DNA of 62,879 nt, counting the filler, from Octopus bimaculoides (lineage: Eukaryota): assembly GCF_001194135.2 (NCBI RefSeq). It is 7 parts of 7 records of this genome, joined end to end, with 100 filler letters (N's around TTAATTAATTAA, not from the genome) between each part and the next. Parts side by side here need not be neighbours in the genome. Positions count along the whole stretch, not along the records: positions 1 to 13,830 come from NC_068994.1; 6 more parts are not named here. The stretch is one strand, 5' to 3'. The notes under the pieces are model-generated. The model worked only from the letters and a program-made list of their open reading frames with translations, had not been told where the DNA came from and ran no database searches. Shown here piece after piece: positions 1-13,886 of this stretch. Position 1 is the stretch's first letter. Each line of letters opens with the position of its first letter. The translations under genes were made by a program, and so were the position numbers.

Positions 1-34
<34 letters not shown>

Positions 35-486
35 TACATTACAGAATTCTTTCAGTTTCCATTCCTGTCTACTAAATTGATTCTTGAGGTTTTGGTTGGT
101 TCAGATGGTTCAGGGTAATAGTAGAAGACACTTACCCAGGATGCCACACAGAGAGACTGAAGCTGAAACCTTGGTTGGGAAGCAAACTGTTTAACCTCAT
201 ATTCAAGCTAGATCTTTTAAGAATAGTTGCAGTAATACGGCGGTTACTACAAGGTTCCATTCTAAGCTCCTATTCATTCCAAAACCTGTGATCAGATATT
301 GACAAATTTGTACAGTTGGCCACACTCAACAGCTAAATAGATGGGCGCTAATACAATGCTTGAAATCATGATATAAACATACCTCTACATACTTCATACT
401 TTGACAAGAAACTAGATGTCATGTATTGCTGGAAAAATTAACACTGACATTCTGTTCAACAATCCCATACATGCACACCAGATGCA

Positions 487-522
<36 letters not shown>

Positions 523-1167
523 AATATCAAGGATGAGCATATGTCTGAATACATACACCAGATACACATATACATATATCCATTCACCCATGCCGGACAC
601 AAACTTATACACACGTGTGCATATGCACACAACAAAAAGAAATATACACACACATAGATGTATACCCCATATGCTCACTTTTGCATGCACATTCATGCAG
701 CATATACACACTCACACACACACCACACAGACATGCTCAAACACCAAGTGTACACACGCATACATTCACCAGCAAACTGCAGTCATCAACACACATACAC
801 ACACAGCAGTTACATACACGCTTATACCAGATACACACATCCACATACCAGATATACACACTCACACAAATGCACACTAGCTAACTGTTGTCACTAGTGA
901 ACCAAGTTTTTCTTTCCCAAGTCAAGTGTCAGCACCAACATCCTGTCTTAGACTGTGGTCCTAGAAATTCAGGACAGCCACTGGCACTACTGCGAAATCA
1001 ATAACAGCCCAATACTCAGAAACTATCTTGATTCCCTCCTTCAACAATTCTATGTTGTGAAACAGCTGGTGCCAGGAAGGGTTTCAAGCAGTCTAACCCA
1101 TGCCATCATAGAACATGTACATCAAATGGTGATAATGATGATGATGATAAATATACACATACACACA

Positions 1168-1387
1168 TATGAAGAAATGCTGTAAAGTTCTTGGTTTTAA
1201 GGGTATTGCAACAAGCCTGGCTAAAGGCCCAACCTTCCAAGTTATTTTTCATGGCTTAGAAAAACTGAAGGTCCCCTGCAATAAGTGTGAATCTGAGAGA
1301 GGAATATGTTGGATAAAATCATAATTAACTGGTCCTTCTGTATTTTCTTTTACCCAAAGCCAGGAACATTTCAATGCCCCTTCATAT
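1168..1387. mobile_element. Degraded mariner-derived MITE, plus a partial second end at about 1395-1475
   Basis: Ends gctgtaaagttcttgg and ccaggaacatttcaatgcc. The internal sequence matches 1874-2075 in the opposite orientation. Confidence 0.6.
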
Positions 1388-1873
1388 TATAATAGAATTT
1401 GTTGAATAAAATCATAATTAACTGATTCTCTTGTATTTTACTTTATCTAAAGCCAGGAACTTTGTCAGCATCCATTCATTTAGTAATCGGACTTTTGAAT
1501 TTTAACAATAAATTGCTTTTGACTGTTAGGTTTCAACATCATCAGTAACAAGTTCGTTTGTTGTGGTCAAATTTATGTAAGCTTAACTGCATAAATATTC
1601 TTGCCTCTTAATCTTCCATCTTAGCCACAAATTGTTAATTTTTTTATGTATGTGTTGTTTCCACATTTATTCTGGCATTGCATTATAAGTCTGGCTTCCA
1701 TGACTAATCTATTTTTGGATGAGAATATATAGAGTATGTAAGTACCACTCACTAGTAGTTTTTCAATCTAACTTTGTTTTGCAATGTGCAGTATCTCTAA
1801 TCTCTTAATCTGTTATTTGTTTCAGACAATAGACTGTGGCCATGCTGAGGCAGCACACATATATACATACGTA

Positions 1874-2075
1874 TAAGGAGGTGCTGAAAAGTTCCTGGCT
1901 TTGGATAAAAGAAAATACAGGAATATCAGTTAATTGTGATGTTATTGAAGTTATTCCCCTCTCAGATTCACACACTCATTGCAGTGGTCCTTCAGTTTTT
2001 CTAAGCCCTGTAAAAGAAATACCCTTAATACCCTTTGCAATACCCTTATAGCCAGGAACTTTTGAGCACCTCTCA
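1874..2075 (-). mobile_element. Tc1/mariner-derived MITE
   Basis: TIRs gaggtgctgaaaagttcctggct and agccaggaacttttgagcacctc, flanked by TA. The minus strand encodes FLLQGLEKLKDHCNECVNLRGE, resembling a mariner transposase C-terminus. Confidence 0.8.
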
Positions 2076-2289
2076 TACATACATACATGCAAACATAAAT
2101 ACACACATACATATATATATATATATATANNNNNNNNNNNNNNNNNNNNNNNNNNNNNNNNNNNNNNNNNNNNNNNNNNNNNNNNNNNNNNNNNNNNNNN
2201 NNNNNNNNNNNNNNNNNNNNNNNNNNNNNNNNNNNNNNNNNNNNNNNNNNNNNNNNNNNNNNNNNNNNNNNNNNNNNNNNNNNNNNNNN

Positions 2290-2336
<47 letters not shown>

Positions 2337-3795
2337 CATACATATGTATGTATTTGAGTGTGTATGCATGAATAAATGTATGTATATAAATACATTTTAG
2401 CAAATGTGAGTAAAAGTACTCCATACCAGCATAAAGTACAGTAATGTATTTCAAATGATCCATCAGTCTGTTATTCTGGTGTTTGCAAAACACGCAGTCA
2501 ATCCTCAGATATAAGAAAAAAAACTGACATCATGCAATTACATCGTACTGTAACAAGAAATAGATGAAAACACACAAATGGCTGAGTTGTTAGTTAGTTA
2601 GTGAGAAGTTGGCAGTGGGCTTATAGTTAGCTTATCTCCTATCATATAAAAGAAAGCACACTACACACTCAAACACACACACACTTGTGTATCGGAGAAA
2701 AGGGATCAAAGGTCCTTCATAAACGGTGGCAAATGTTGGCGGTTGTATTGGGTGTGCTACCACACCCAATGCCACCAAATTTCAAGCAGGAGTATAATAA
2801 AACTTTTTAGATTAAGATTTGTGATTAAATTAATGAGTATGATTAATATTTTATAACAAATTTGCCATTTTCGATGGGTGTGCAGCAAAAAAAACCTAGC
2901 ACACCAGGTATATACACCACTGTTACCAATCCATAGGTTAATAAGACCAGTTTCCTGGATTCTGGGACATAAATTCCCTCCTGCAGTCTATCATGGCTTT
3001 CCATTTCTGCACCAACATATGTTTGGCCAACAGAACAAGACACAAATCCGACTCAAGGTAACTCAGTTTTGCCAATATGAAATATAGTGTTTTGCTCAAG
3101 AACACAGTGCATCCGCTGGTCCAAGAATCAAAACCACAATCTTATGATCATGCGTGTAACAACCTAACCACTACACCAAATGCTACTTCTAAATCCACAC
3201 ATACACATACATGAATTTCCATATACACACTATATATATACACACTATATATATACACACACTTTGCAGTCAGTCTCCAGCAAGGCTGCAATCTAATGAC
3301 AGAAATCAGTAAAAAAAGGTAAGAAGAATCACACTCGCGCGCACACACACACACATACACACACACTTGCAGGTATGTTTTTATGTGTGTCTGTACATGA
3401 GAACAATCAATCATTTATTGAAGGATTGCTCAGTATATTTAAAGAGAGAACATCAAATTTGTTTTTTTACAAAGAAAAAGATGAGTCACTTTGAAGTTTT
3501 GTGGCTTCATCAGACTTTACATTTACGTATGTCTACCTTTTTTATCTTTTACTCTTTTCAGTCATTGGACTGTGACTATTCTGGAGTACCAATTTGAAGG
3601 GCTTAGTCAAGCAAATCAACCCTAGTACTTATTCTATTGGTCTCCTTCACCAAACCATTGAGTCATGGGGACATAACAAACCAACATTGGTTGTCAAACA
3701 ATATGATGATGGAGATAAACACAGACACAAACAGACACACATATGTACATGTACGCACACACACGTGTGTATGTGTGTGTGCATATATATATATA

Positions 3796-3866
<71 letters not shown>

Positions 3867-4703
3867 ATCTATGAATGTATGTATGTATCTATGTATGTAT
3901 ATTCATATACAAATTTATACGTATAGGTATATGTGTGTGCATATATATATATATTTATATTTCGTTTTTGGATTTGAAGACTATTGAAAAGGTTGCAAGA
4001 CGCAACGAAAATTTTAGGAAAATAAAAATAAGAAATAAGTGGAAATTTTAATGGTGAGTGTTAAATTTTAAGGCACAATAAGAAAATGACTCTCCCGAGA
4101 CACAACAGTATATATTTATAGATATAGATACATATATGGCTTATTTGCAATTTACAACTGACATCTATATATATAAAAATTAAAGGTGGCTTATTCACAA
4201 TTTACAACCAACGTCTATATATATGTATACACACACATACACACACATTCATATATTGCCCTTTAGTACTTCATCCAGTGTCTTCCGAAGTACTGAAGGA
4301 TGATATGGAAGAGACGACAAAGGAATGAAGTACCTGGTGCCTTACTGTACTCAAGAAGACCCATCCTCCACAGCATTGTTGTAATGCCACTCCCTCTGCT
4401 AGAGAGGATTAGCCTGCAAGAGCCCTGTGTCAGTGCCTCATAAAAAGCTCCTGTGCCAACACCACATAGCAGCACTCATGCCAGCACCATGTAAAAGTAC
4501 CAATGCTGGTGCCACATGAAGATCATCTAGCACACTCTGTAAAGTGTTTGGTGTTTGGAAGGGCATCCACCAGTAGAAGCCGAGCCATATCAGACTGGAA
4601 CCTAGTGCAGCTCTTCTACTTTCCAGCTCTGGTCAAACCATTCAAACCATGCTAGCATGGAAAACTGATGTTAAAGGATGATGCCGATGATGATGATGAC
4701 ATA

Positions 4704-4734
<31 letters not shown>

Positions 4735-4735
4735 G

Positions 4736-4790
<55 letters not shown>

Positions 4791-5872
4791 TTATAATTAT
4801 ATACATAATTATAACAAGGGGTCAGCTTTATGCCTCACCATGCACCGTTAGAAATAGATGCTAAAGTTTTTTTTACTACCTTAAGATCTCCGAGAATAAC
4901 ACACTTTACTGTAGGCAAGCAAAAGAGAAATAATGCTACCACACTGGCTACCTGGTAAAATTATTATTGATTTCACCCTCATTTGAATAAATTCACTCCA
5001 TGATCGAAACTGCATTTATTGTGGTTGAGATCTTAACACACATGTGGGTATGAAAGGAAGACATGAACTATACTCGGCAGTATATTTCTACAAGTGGGGA
5101 TAGATATCAGACATATGATGACGCTGATCATGTGCATATTTTGAAACACTGGTGAACTTATATGAAATACTGTGCTGAAAGTAACAGTAAGTAAAATTAT
5201 CTTTTACTTTAAGTTCGAAATGCATCCATGGTTAATCAGCTTTATTGATTCATTATTTTTCTTTTGCTTGCCTACAATAAAGTGTGTTATTCTCAGAGAT
5301 TTTAAGGTAGTAAAAAAGATTTTAGCGTCTATTTCATATGGTGCATGGTGAGGCATAAAACCGACCCCTTGTTATAATTATGTATATAATTATCAAATAT
5401 TCTGTATAACTTACCTATAAGGTTTATATTTCCGTACTGGCTACCTGTTAAAATTATTATTGATTTTAGCTTTTATTATTAAAATAATATATATATATAT
5501 ATATATATGTGATGATGATGGCTGTATACTCATGGCCAAGAACAGATCACACAATCCAGGAAACCAGCCTTACCAGCCTGTACCTCAGGAAAAAACCACA
5601 TTACATATGAGAAATAAAGCAGTCATATGTTTATGTCATTGAGCAGCATATAAATAGTTATGATGTATAACTGGTCAGAAAGTTACTATTAGTTTTACAT
5701 AAACTACCATTGATGATTTTCCATACATGCTGGGAGTATATAGACTCTAGCTGACTTGGTGTTAATAAAATGAGCGAGAAGGAAACCTAGTGAAAAATTA
5801 TAAAATTTTCCAAGAGGGGAAGAAGAGTTACTTGCCATGGATTGGTGTTTGGCATGGCCCAACCATGTCAGT

Positions 5873-5904
<32 letters not shown>

Positions 5905-6340
5905 CACATGTATGTCATTCTCTACTTCAACATGTCAGAAGAGTAGTCAACATTACTATCAAAACTCAGTAACATTCCTACCAGTTATACAATAACCAGT
6001 AATATTCTGCTCACCAAAATCGTCATTGTTGTTTAATGTCCATTTCCATTCTGGAATAGATTGGATGGTTTGACAGGAGCTGGCCAGCCAGGAGTTGGCC
6101 AGCCAAGAGCTGCCTAGTCTCCAGTTGTTTGTTGTGGCATGGTAACTAATGACCTTCCTAATGCCAACCACTTTACAGAATATGTTGGATGCTTTTTACA
6201 TGCCGCTGGCATGAGTGCATATGTGCAGCACCAGCACGAGTGCATTTTATGTGGCACCAGCACCTTTACAGGTGTCAATGCCATGTAAAATGCACCCTCT
6301 TTCTCTCTCTCTCTTTATATACATATATATATATCTAGAG

Positions 6341-6470
6341 AGAGAGAGAGGGAAGAAGAGAGAGAGAGGGAAGAAGAGAGAGAGAGGGAAGAAGAGAGAG
6401 AGAGGGAAGAAGAGAGAGAGAGGGAAGAAGAGAGAGAGAGGGAAGAAGAGAGAGAGAGGGAAGAAGAGAG
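6341..6470 (+). repeat. 18-bp purine minisatellite, about 7 units
   Basis: Repeating gaagaagagagagagagg, which gives the KKRERG repeat in the ORF track. Confidence 0.9.
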
Positions 6471-6539
6471 GGAGAATATATATATATCTACAGAGAGAGA
6501 GAGAGAGAGAGAGAGGAGGGAGGAAGATAGATGGATAGG

Positions 6540-6593
<54 letters not shown>

Positions 6594-7087
6594 CACACAT
6601 ATATATTGGATTGACAAGAACCTTAATGCCTTATTCAACAGACTGAATAAGCCAATAAAGGCAAAATTCAATCCAATATTACCAATAAATTCTCCCTTAG
6701 TAAATCTATGAGGTTCCACCATCAGTAAACATTTTGTTGTTTTCCAGAATGTCAGTCAATAATATCAGATAAGACATACATATAGATGCACACACAAACA
6801 CACACCACACACATATAAACACATGTGTGTGTGTGTGTGTTTGTATATTTATGTATGTACATATACACAGAAAAAATTGTTTATCATAATCATTGGTAAT
6901 ATCATCAGTTATAGCTATCAAAATTAATGGATCCCAATGAAAAGGTTTCATTGCAGTGTGATCACAATACCGGAGTTGTATTGTATGAAGACACACGCAT
7001 ATATGCACAACCATATATCTATCTATCTATCTATCTATACACACACACACACAAACCCATCTCTCTTGATATATGTATGTATGTATG

Positions 7088-7121
<34 letters not shown>

Positions 7122-7562
7122 NNNNNNNNNNNNNNNNNNNNNNNNNNNNNNNNNNNNNNNNNNNNNNNNNNNNNNNNNNNNNNNNNNNNNNNNNNNNNNN
7201 NNNNNNNNNNNNNNNNNNNNNNNNNNNNNNNNNNNNNNNNNNNNNNNNNNNNNNNNNNNNNNNNNNNNNNNNNNNNNNNNNNNNNNNNNNNNNNNNNNNN
7301 NNNNNNNNNNNNNNNNNNNNNNNNNNNNNNNNNNNNNNNNNNNNNNNNNNNNNNNNNNNNNNNNNNNNNNNNNNNNNNNNNNNNNNNNNNNNNNNNNNNN
7401 NNNNNNNNNNNNNNNNNNNNNNNNNNNNNNNNNNNNNNNNNNNNNNNNNNNNNNNNNNNNNNNNNNNNNNNNNNNNNNNNNNNNNNNNNNNNNNNNNNNN
7501 NNNNNNNNNNNNNNNNNNNNNNNNNNNNNNNNNNNNNNNNNNNNNNNNNNNNNNNNNNNNNN

Positions 7563-7606
<44 letters not shown>

Positions 7607-7725
7607 ATGCCATTATTAAGTCAGTTGCTTTTCTTTTGTAAGGGAGAGAATCATGTCTAATCCACTCCGCCTGAGCACGACTGTGTGAGGGTAGTGTGCT
7701 TGTAGATGCACACACAGACACACTA

Positions 7726-7757
<32 letters not shown>

Positions 7758-8936
7758 ACGCACACACACACACACACACGTATATACACATCCTATCTTA
7801 TATTGCCTAAGTCATTAATAAAATGTTAGACAGAAACCATCTCAACCATGACACTGCATTGCTAACAGCTCCGAGACAGACGGCTGTGTTCACACACACA
7901 TTAAGATGCCCCCTATTGTCATAGAACTCATTGATTGTATCATAAAGGAAAAAAAAATATGAAAATTCTGAGTGGAACACTTAAGAAACTATAATGAAAT
8001 AAAAGCAAATCGATAATAAAGTAATTACGAAGCTATTTATTTATATGTTAGATGGTAAAGTTTGTTAAAAAAAATAAAGGGAAAAATATAAATATTTATA
8101 AATGCAATCATTTCCAGGAAACAGCAGTTTCATGGGAAATAACTCATGTACTGATATTTCATCATCTACCTGGAAGAACACGTTTAAATGTAGCTTGTCA
8201 CACATGCTTTATATATGTTTATCTGACAAGGGAGAGGGGAATCTTCTAGGAAGGCTTTCTACATAATGAAAATACAGTTAAGTGGTGTGGATAAGTATGT
8301 TAGCTGCCTACATGACTATAGTATATTCAGTTTAACGCTTATTAACTTAATACTCATGATCATTATTATGACTTGTGCAATGCTACAGTCTGACCTTAGT
8401 GTACGACTATTCAAGATGGGACCCTCAAGATGGGACCCTCAAGATAGCTTCTTTGTGGTCACTTAACCCATGAGATATATCAACCATGTCTGTCATAAAC
8501 TGCATTGTATAATAGACATGGACATGTCTATATAGCTTGGAAATTTGCTTGTCGACTACATGGTACCAGGTTCAGTCACACTGCATGGCACCTTTGGCAA
8601 GTGTTTGACGCTATGGCCCCAGACTGGCCAAAACCTTGCAAGTAATTAGGTAGATACTAGATGTATCATCATCATCGTCATCATCATCATCATTTAACAC
8701 TCCTTTTCCAACATGGCATGGGTTGGATGGTACGGCATAAACCAATGAGTCTAAGGGTTGTGTCAAGGTCCAATATCTGCTTTTGCATGGTTTCTAGAGA
8801 AGGATGTCCTTCCAAACAACTACCACTTCACTGGATGTACTGAGTACTTTTGTCATGCCACCAGCATTGGAGAGGTCTAAATACCCACAAGACAAGAACT
8901 CTTAACCAAGTGGAGTAGTGTATATGTATTTGCGTG

Positions 8937-9020
<84 letters not shown>

Positions 9021-9339
9021 TATTCGGGACTCCAATGAAGCTATAAGGTCTTATTCAGGCACTCAACTGAGTCCAGAAACAGTCATAAGCTAATGTCACA
9101 TAACTTAATCATTTATATTTCCATACACCCACACACACGTATATATATATTCCGAGTTTCAGATGTCGGAGCAGGAACCTGCACCGGTATCTCTTCAGTT
9201 ATTGAGGCAACCAAAATATGCAGAAGAATTCAATATGGATGCCTACAATATCAATTATTCTATGTAAAACATACCTATACCATCCAGAGAACTACACTCT
9301 AAGAAACTTTTGGAAAAAAATTACAGGCATATTTTGATT

Positions 9340-9410
9340 GCCTCAATAACTGAAGAGATGTCTGAGCAGGTTTCCGCTCCGACATCCGAAACTCGGGGTT
9401 TTATTATGGC
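9340..9410 (+). ncRNA. Variant hammerhead-like motif (extra C before GAAA, GUU site)
   Basis: GCCUCAAUAA-CUGAAGA-GAUGUC...GACAUC-C-GAAA-C-UCGGG-GUU^UUAUUAUGGC. Helix I is AAUAA/UUAUU plus GCC/GGC. An inverted partial copy lies at 9150-9222. Confidence 0.45.
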
Positions 9411-9495
9411 AACCGAATAATTGTCACATATTATATTACAGATAAATTCCTCTATTTACATAATATCGAGGTCTTACCATTACTATTAATATATG

Positions 9496-9550
<55 letters not shown>

Positions 9551-9587
9551 TTTATTTAAAAGCAACAGAAATATAACAAAAAAACTG

Positions 9588-10105
9588 TTACTCGAATCCA
9601 AGTCTAAATTTACGTCTAAGAAATCTACTTTTTTTTAGGTTGGTATCTACTGTTATCCGTAAACCTATCCTTTGGAAGAAAGTTATAAGATCCTTCCTGA
9701 GCTTATCTAGTTCGTGGCCGTTTAAATTATGGGTGACTATAAGACCGTCATCCCTATATAATCTTGCATCTATAAATGGAAATTCCTGTTTTAGATAATG
9801 TAGAATGTAAGCCCCTATAAGCGTGCACAATTCTGCCCCGTCGTATGCCCCCATCGGTACATCGAAAACAGAATCTTCACTCTTTTTAATCCAGGTGGAT
9901 CCTTCATGAAAAAGCAGTGATTTTCTTGCGTGCATTATAATGTCTATTTCCGAGCTATCGATATTGACATACTGCTTGGCGAATTCTAATGCTTTCAGGA
10001 GCAAAGGTCTGGATATTGATGGGTAAAAATCAACAATATCGAACTGCGTAAATTTGCAGCTGTGCTTATTACTAATCCCCTTAAACTAATCTATAACTGA
10101 CTTAT
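9588..10105 (-). mobile_element. Penelope-like retroelement reverse transcriptase fragment (disrupted)
   Basis: Minus-strand translation gives SVID*FKGISNKHSCKFTQFDIVDFYPSIS...FDVPMGAYDGAELC...LYRDDGL and, after a frameshift, VDFLDVNLDL. These are PLE RT motifs. The FDVxMGxYDGAE/LYRDD type suggests the Naiad-like clade (inference). Confidence 0.85.
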
Positions 10106-11449
10106 NNNNNNNNNNNNNNNNNNNNNNNNNNNNNNNNNNNNNNNNNNNNNNNNNNNNNNNNNNNNNNNNNNNNNNNNNNNNNNNNNNNNNNNNNNNNNNN
10201 NNNNNNNNNNNNNNNNNNNNNNNNNNNNNNNNNNNNNNNNNNNNNNNNNNNNNNNNNNNNNNNNNNNNNNNNNNNNNNNNNNNNNNNNNNNNNNNNNNNN
10301 NNNNNNNNNNNNNNNNNNNNNNNNNNNNNNNNNNNNNNNNNNNNNNNNNNNNNNNNNNNNNNNNNNNNNNNNNNNNNNNNNNNNNNNNNNNNNNNNNNNN
10401 NNNNNNNNNNNNNNNNNNNNNNNNNNNNNNNNNNNNNNNNNNNNNNNNNNNNNNNNNNNNNNNNNNNNNNNNNNNNNNNNNNNNNNNNNNNNNNNNNNNN
10501 NNNNNNNNNNNNNNNNNNNNNNNNNNNNNNNNNNNNNNNNNNNNNNNNNNNNNNNNNNNNNNNNNNNNNNNNNNNNNNTATATATATATATATATCTTTT
10601 TATGTATGTATGTATGTATGTATGCACATATGTATGTATATCTATAATTGATCCAAGTCAACTCAAAGCACAAAAATAGCTTAAAACAATGACTATACCA
10701 ACAAGTCCAAAGTTATCAATCATATTCCATAGTAACTAATTACAGACACCTGAACAATGCCAAGCTGCAATGACAGTGTTGTGTATCTTGATACAGTTCT
10801 GCCGATAGACTCATTAAAATGTTCCAGAGATTAAAAAAGAGCCAAAGCGAGCACTATCAAATACAAAGTGTTTGTTATCGATAGAAAAATATTGTTCTTT
10901 TCCTCTGGCTATTATTGCTTAGCTCCAGATCAGCTCTGATACAGCAAACCTATAATCAAAGCATTCCAGCTGTGACCATCCTAACTAATTTGGAATAGGT
11001 AATAGTAAAATTGGTGTTTAACCAAAAGATTCTAATTAATTAAAACTACACCACTGCATTCTGTATTTAATTAATTTTAATTAATTAACATTTCAAGATG
11101 GCCTTCCTACCTTTTTTTCTGGTTTTTTTTTTTAAAACCATAATTGGATATTTTGAAAATGATTATTTTCATCACTGAGATGTAATTATCATTAAATTCA
11201 AATTTCTTTTCTCACTACATAAATTAAGCTAACGCTATTTTACTGTTGCATTATTTCTGGTCATTAATTTATCATTTAACTCCATGCATGATAATTTTTT
11301 CCACCCACAAAATCCATGATTAAATATAAGGATGTGTACACAGCTGCAATGTCTTTCCCACACCTACTTTTATTGTCAAAAAATAATAATAAAATAAAAT
11401 AAAATAATGCAATAAAGCTTTATTTTTTTTGTATATATATATTCTTTTA

Positions 11450-11857
11450 TTCTTTTACGTGTTTCAGTCATTTGACTGAAGCCATGCTGGAGCACCACCT
11501 TAAAGGATTTTAGTCAAAGAAATCAACCCCAGGATTTGTTCTTTGTAAACCTAGTACTTATTCTATCTGTTTCTTTTGCTGAACTGTTAAGTTATGGGAG
11601 ACATAAACCCCCAGCATCAGTTTTTAAGCAATAGATGGAGGACAAACACGGACACAAAGACACACACATATAAATACATACATATATATCTATATATATA
11701 TATTTTTTGACGGGCTACTTTCAGTATCCATCCACTAAATCCAGACACAAGGCTTTGGCTATAGTAGAAGACACTAGCCCAAGGTGCCATGCAGTGAGAC
11801 TGAACCCAGAACCATGTGGTTGATAAGCGAGCTTCTTACTACACAGCCACACCAGTA
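11450..11857 (-). mobile_element. Full-length copy of the same SINE family
   Basis: Co-linear similarity to 14681-15107, with CpG decay. Confidence 0.8.
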
Positions 11858-12438
11858 CCTATATATCAATTTTATTTTATACTAGCAATGCACCCCGGTG
11901 TTGCCTGGGAGTTATGAGCTATAACCACATTGCTTTATTTGTTCCTGTCTTATGGGCAGAATTGGCACATGACCAGTATGAAGCAAACAACTCCTCTTTA
12001 TAAACACATTTTTTGGTCATTTTCTGATGAACAATGCTGCAGTTTCTGTCAACCAAATTCAATCACAAGTCTGTGGTTGGCCATGGTCTATAGTAGAAAA
12101 CACTTGCCAAGTTACCATGCAGAGGGACCCACCCTCACCTGTTTCCAAGCAGGGTTACATTTGCTCATGGTTAGACATGATCTTGCAGAATATTGAAAAT
12201 AAATGTCATTGCTGGTATGACAGTACCAGCCATTTACAATTATGAGGTGTCAAAACAAGGAAATACAGAGGTGAAAAAATAATGCAGCCGCATCATCAGA
12301 CTCTGCACAACCATACCTCTGTTATCGCTGCAATTGGATATGTTGATCCCACATCGGGCTTATCAGTCTTGAACAAGCATGTAGATGACATGGACATTGT
12401 CAACAGCCTTCCTAATCTTCGTCAGCAAAGCCAAGCCA

Positions 12439-12479
<41 letters not shown>

Positions 12480-12692
12480 ACTTGGGGATGGTCATGTTGC
12501 CAGTTTAGCCAATAAAAACACACGCACTGTATATTTNNNNNNNNNNNNNNNNNNNNNNNNNNNNNNNNNNNNNNNNNNNNNNNNNNNNNNNNNNNNNNNN
12601 NNNNNNNNNNNNNNNNNNNNNNNNNNNNNNNNNNNNNNNNNNNNNNNNNNNNNNNNNNNNNNNNNNNNNNNNNNNNNTCTTAATCTTATTTC

Positions 12693-12737
12693 GGCCAGAG
12701 TTCTTTCGTCACACTTCTGTGACCTCATCAGTGGTCC
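12693..12737 (-). ncRNA. Variant hammerhead-like motif (extra G after core, CUC site)
   Basis: Minus strand reads GGACCA-CUGAUGA-G-GUCAC-AGAAGU-GUGAC-GAAA-G-AA-CUC^UGGCC. Helix I has 3 bp, a mismatch and 1 bp; helix III is 2 bp. Confidence 0.45.
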
Positions 12738-13764
12738 TTTGTTTCCTTCTTCTTTCTTATGTGTGTCTCACCTTGCTAACTATCAGCCATTTTTATTGGC
12801 TAAACTGGCAACATGACCATCCCCAAGTACAACAACATCTGTTTCAACACACGATTTCACATAAAAAATTTTGAAAAACAAATACATATATATATGTGTG
12901 TGTATGTATATATATATATATTTATATATACATGTGTGTGTGTGTGTCTTTGTCCCCCATCTCCACTTGACAAGTGGTGTTGGAGTGTTTACATCATCGT
13001 AACTTAGCAGTTTGGCAAAATAGACCGACAGAATAAGTACTAGGATTGAAACATAAGTGCAGGGGTCGATTTGTTTGACTAAACTCTTCAAGGCGGTGCT
13101 CCAGCATGGCCACAGTCAAAGGACTGATACAAGTAAAAGAATAAATGAATACATAGAAAACATATGCTCACAAGCGTATATATGGCCACCTTGAAATGTT
13201 TCACATCATGGTTACATATCATTTCTCATATAGAATTTATACAAGAAAATGCATACAATTACATACACTTGCAAACGGACACAAACATACACACGCACGC
13301 ACACACACACACACACTCATACACGATGTGTAATGTGCAACTGGAAACAGGTAGGAATTCACACAACACAGAAACAGAGAGTTAGCACATGATGTATAAA
13401 ATAGTGGAAGCAAAGAAAAGGACACCAGTGGAAGTGGGCGGTTGCAGTCATGAATTGTTGACCTGAGAACATTTACCTGACAAAGGAAATAACATAGAAA
13501 TAGGATTTATTCAAAAACAGTGCATTGCTAGCATTGAGAAAGTTCACCTCCATCCCGTCCCTATTGCACCTTCATAGTAATAATTGTGATCATGTGTGTG
13601 CATATGTGGAGCGTGTGTATACGTGTGTGTGCATGTGTGTGGGTGTGCATGTGTGCATGTGATGTATGTGAATCCACTTTCTATTATGTGTATGTGTGTA
13701 TATATATATATACATACAATAAATATATATATGTGCGTGTGTATGCATTATGTATGTATATGTA

Positions 13765-13807
<43 letters not shown>

Positions 13808-13874
13808 ATAAAGGAGTTACGACGCAAAAANNNNNNNNNNNNNNNNNNNNNNNNNNNNNNNNNNNNNNNNNNNN

Positions 13875-13886
13875 TTAATTAATTAA
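13875..13886. other. Artificial linker TTAATTAATTAA in a 44N+12+44N gap; also at 24618, 35223, 45746, 58204 and 60561
   Basis: The same 100-bp construct occurs six times and places stop codons in all six frames. Confidence 0.95.

Noticed and set aside
412-897. ORFs rich in H/T/Y/I/C/V (and the many similar ORFs across the window)
   Set aside because: They are translations of CA/TA/TACA microsatellites or run through N gaps, and have no protein character.
3480-3515. Minus-strand CTGATGA followed by an AGCCAC/GTGACT stem
   Set aside because: No GAAA follows the stem, and there is no helix I or III.
9024-9090. GGACTC/GAGTCC stem followed by AGAAACAGTC
   Set aside because: The CUGANGA core is absent (replaced by a TA repeat), so it is at most a relic.
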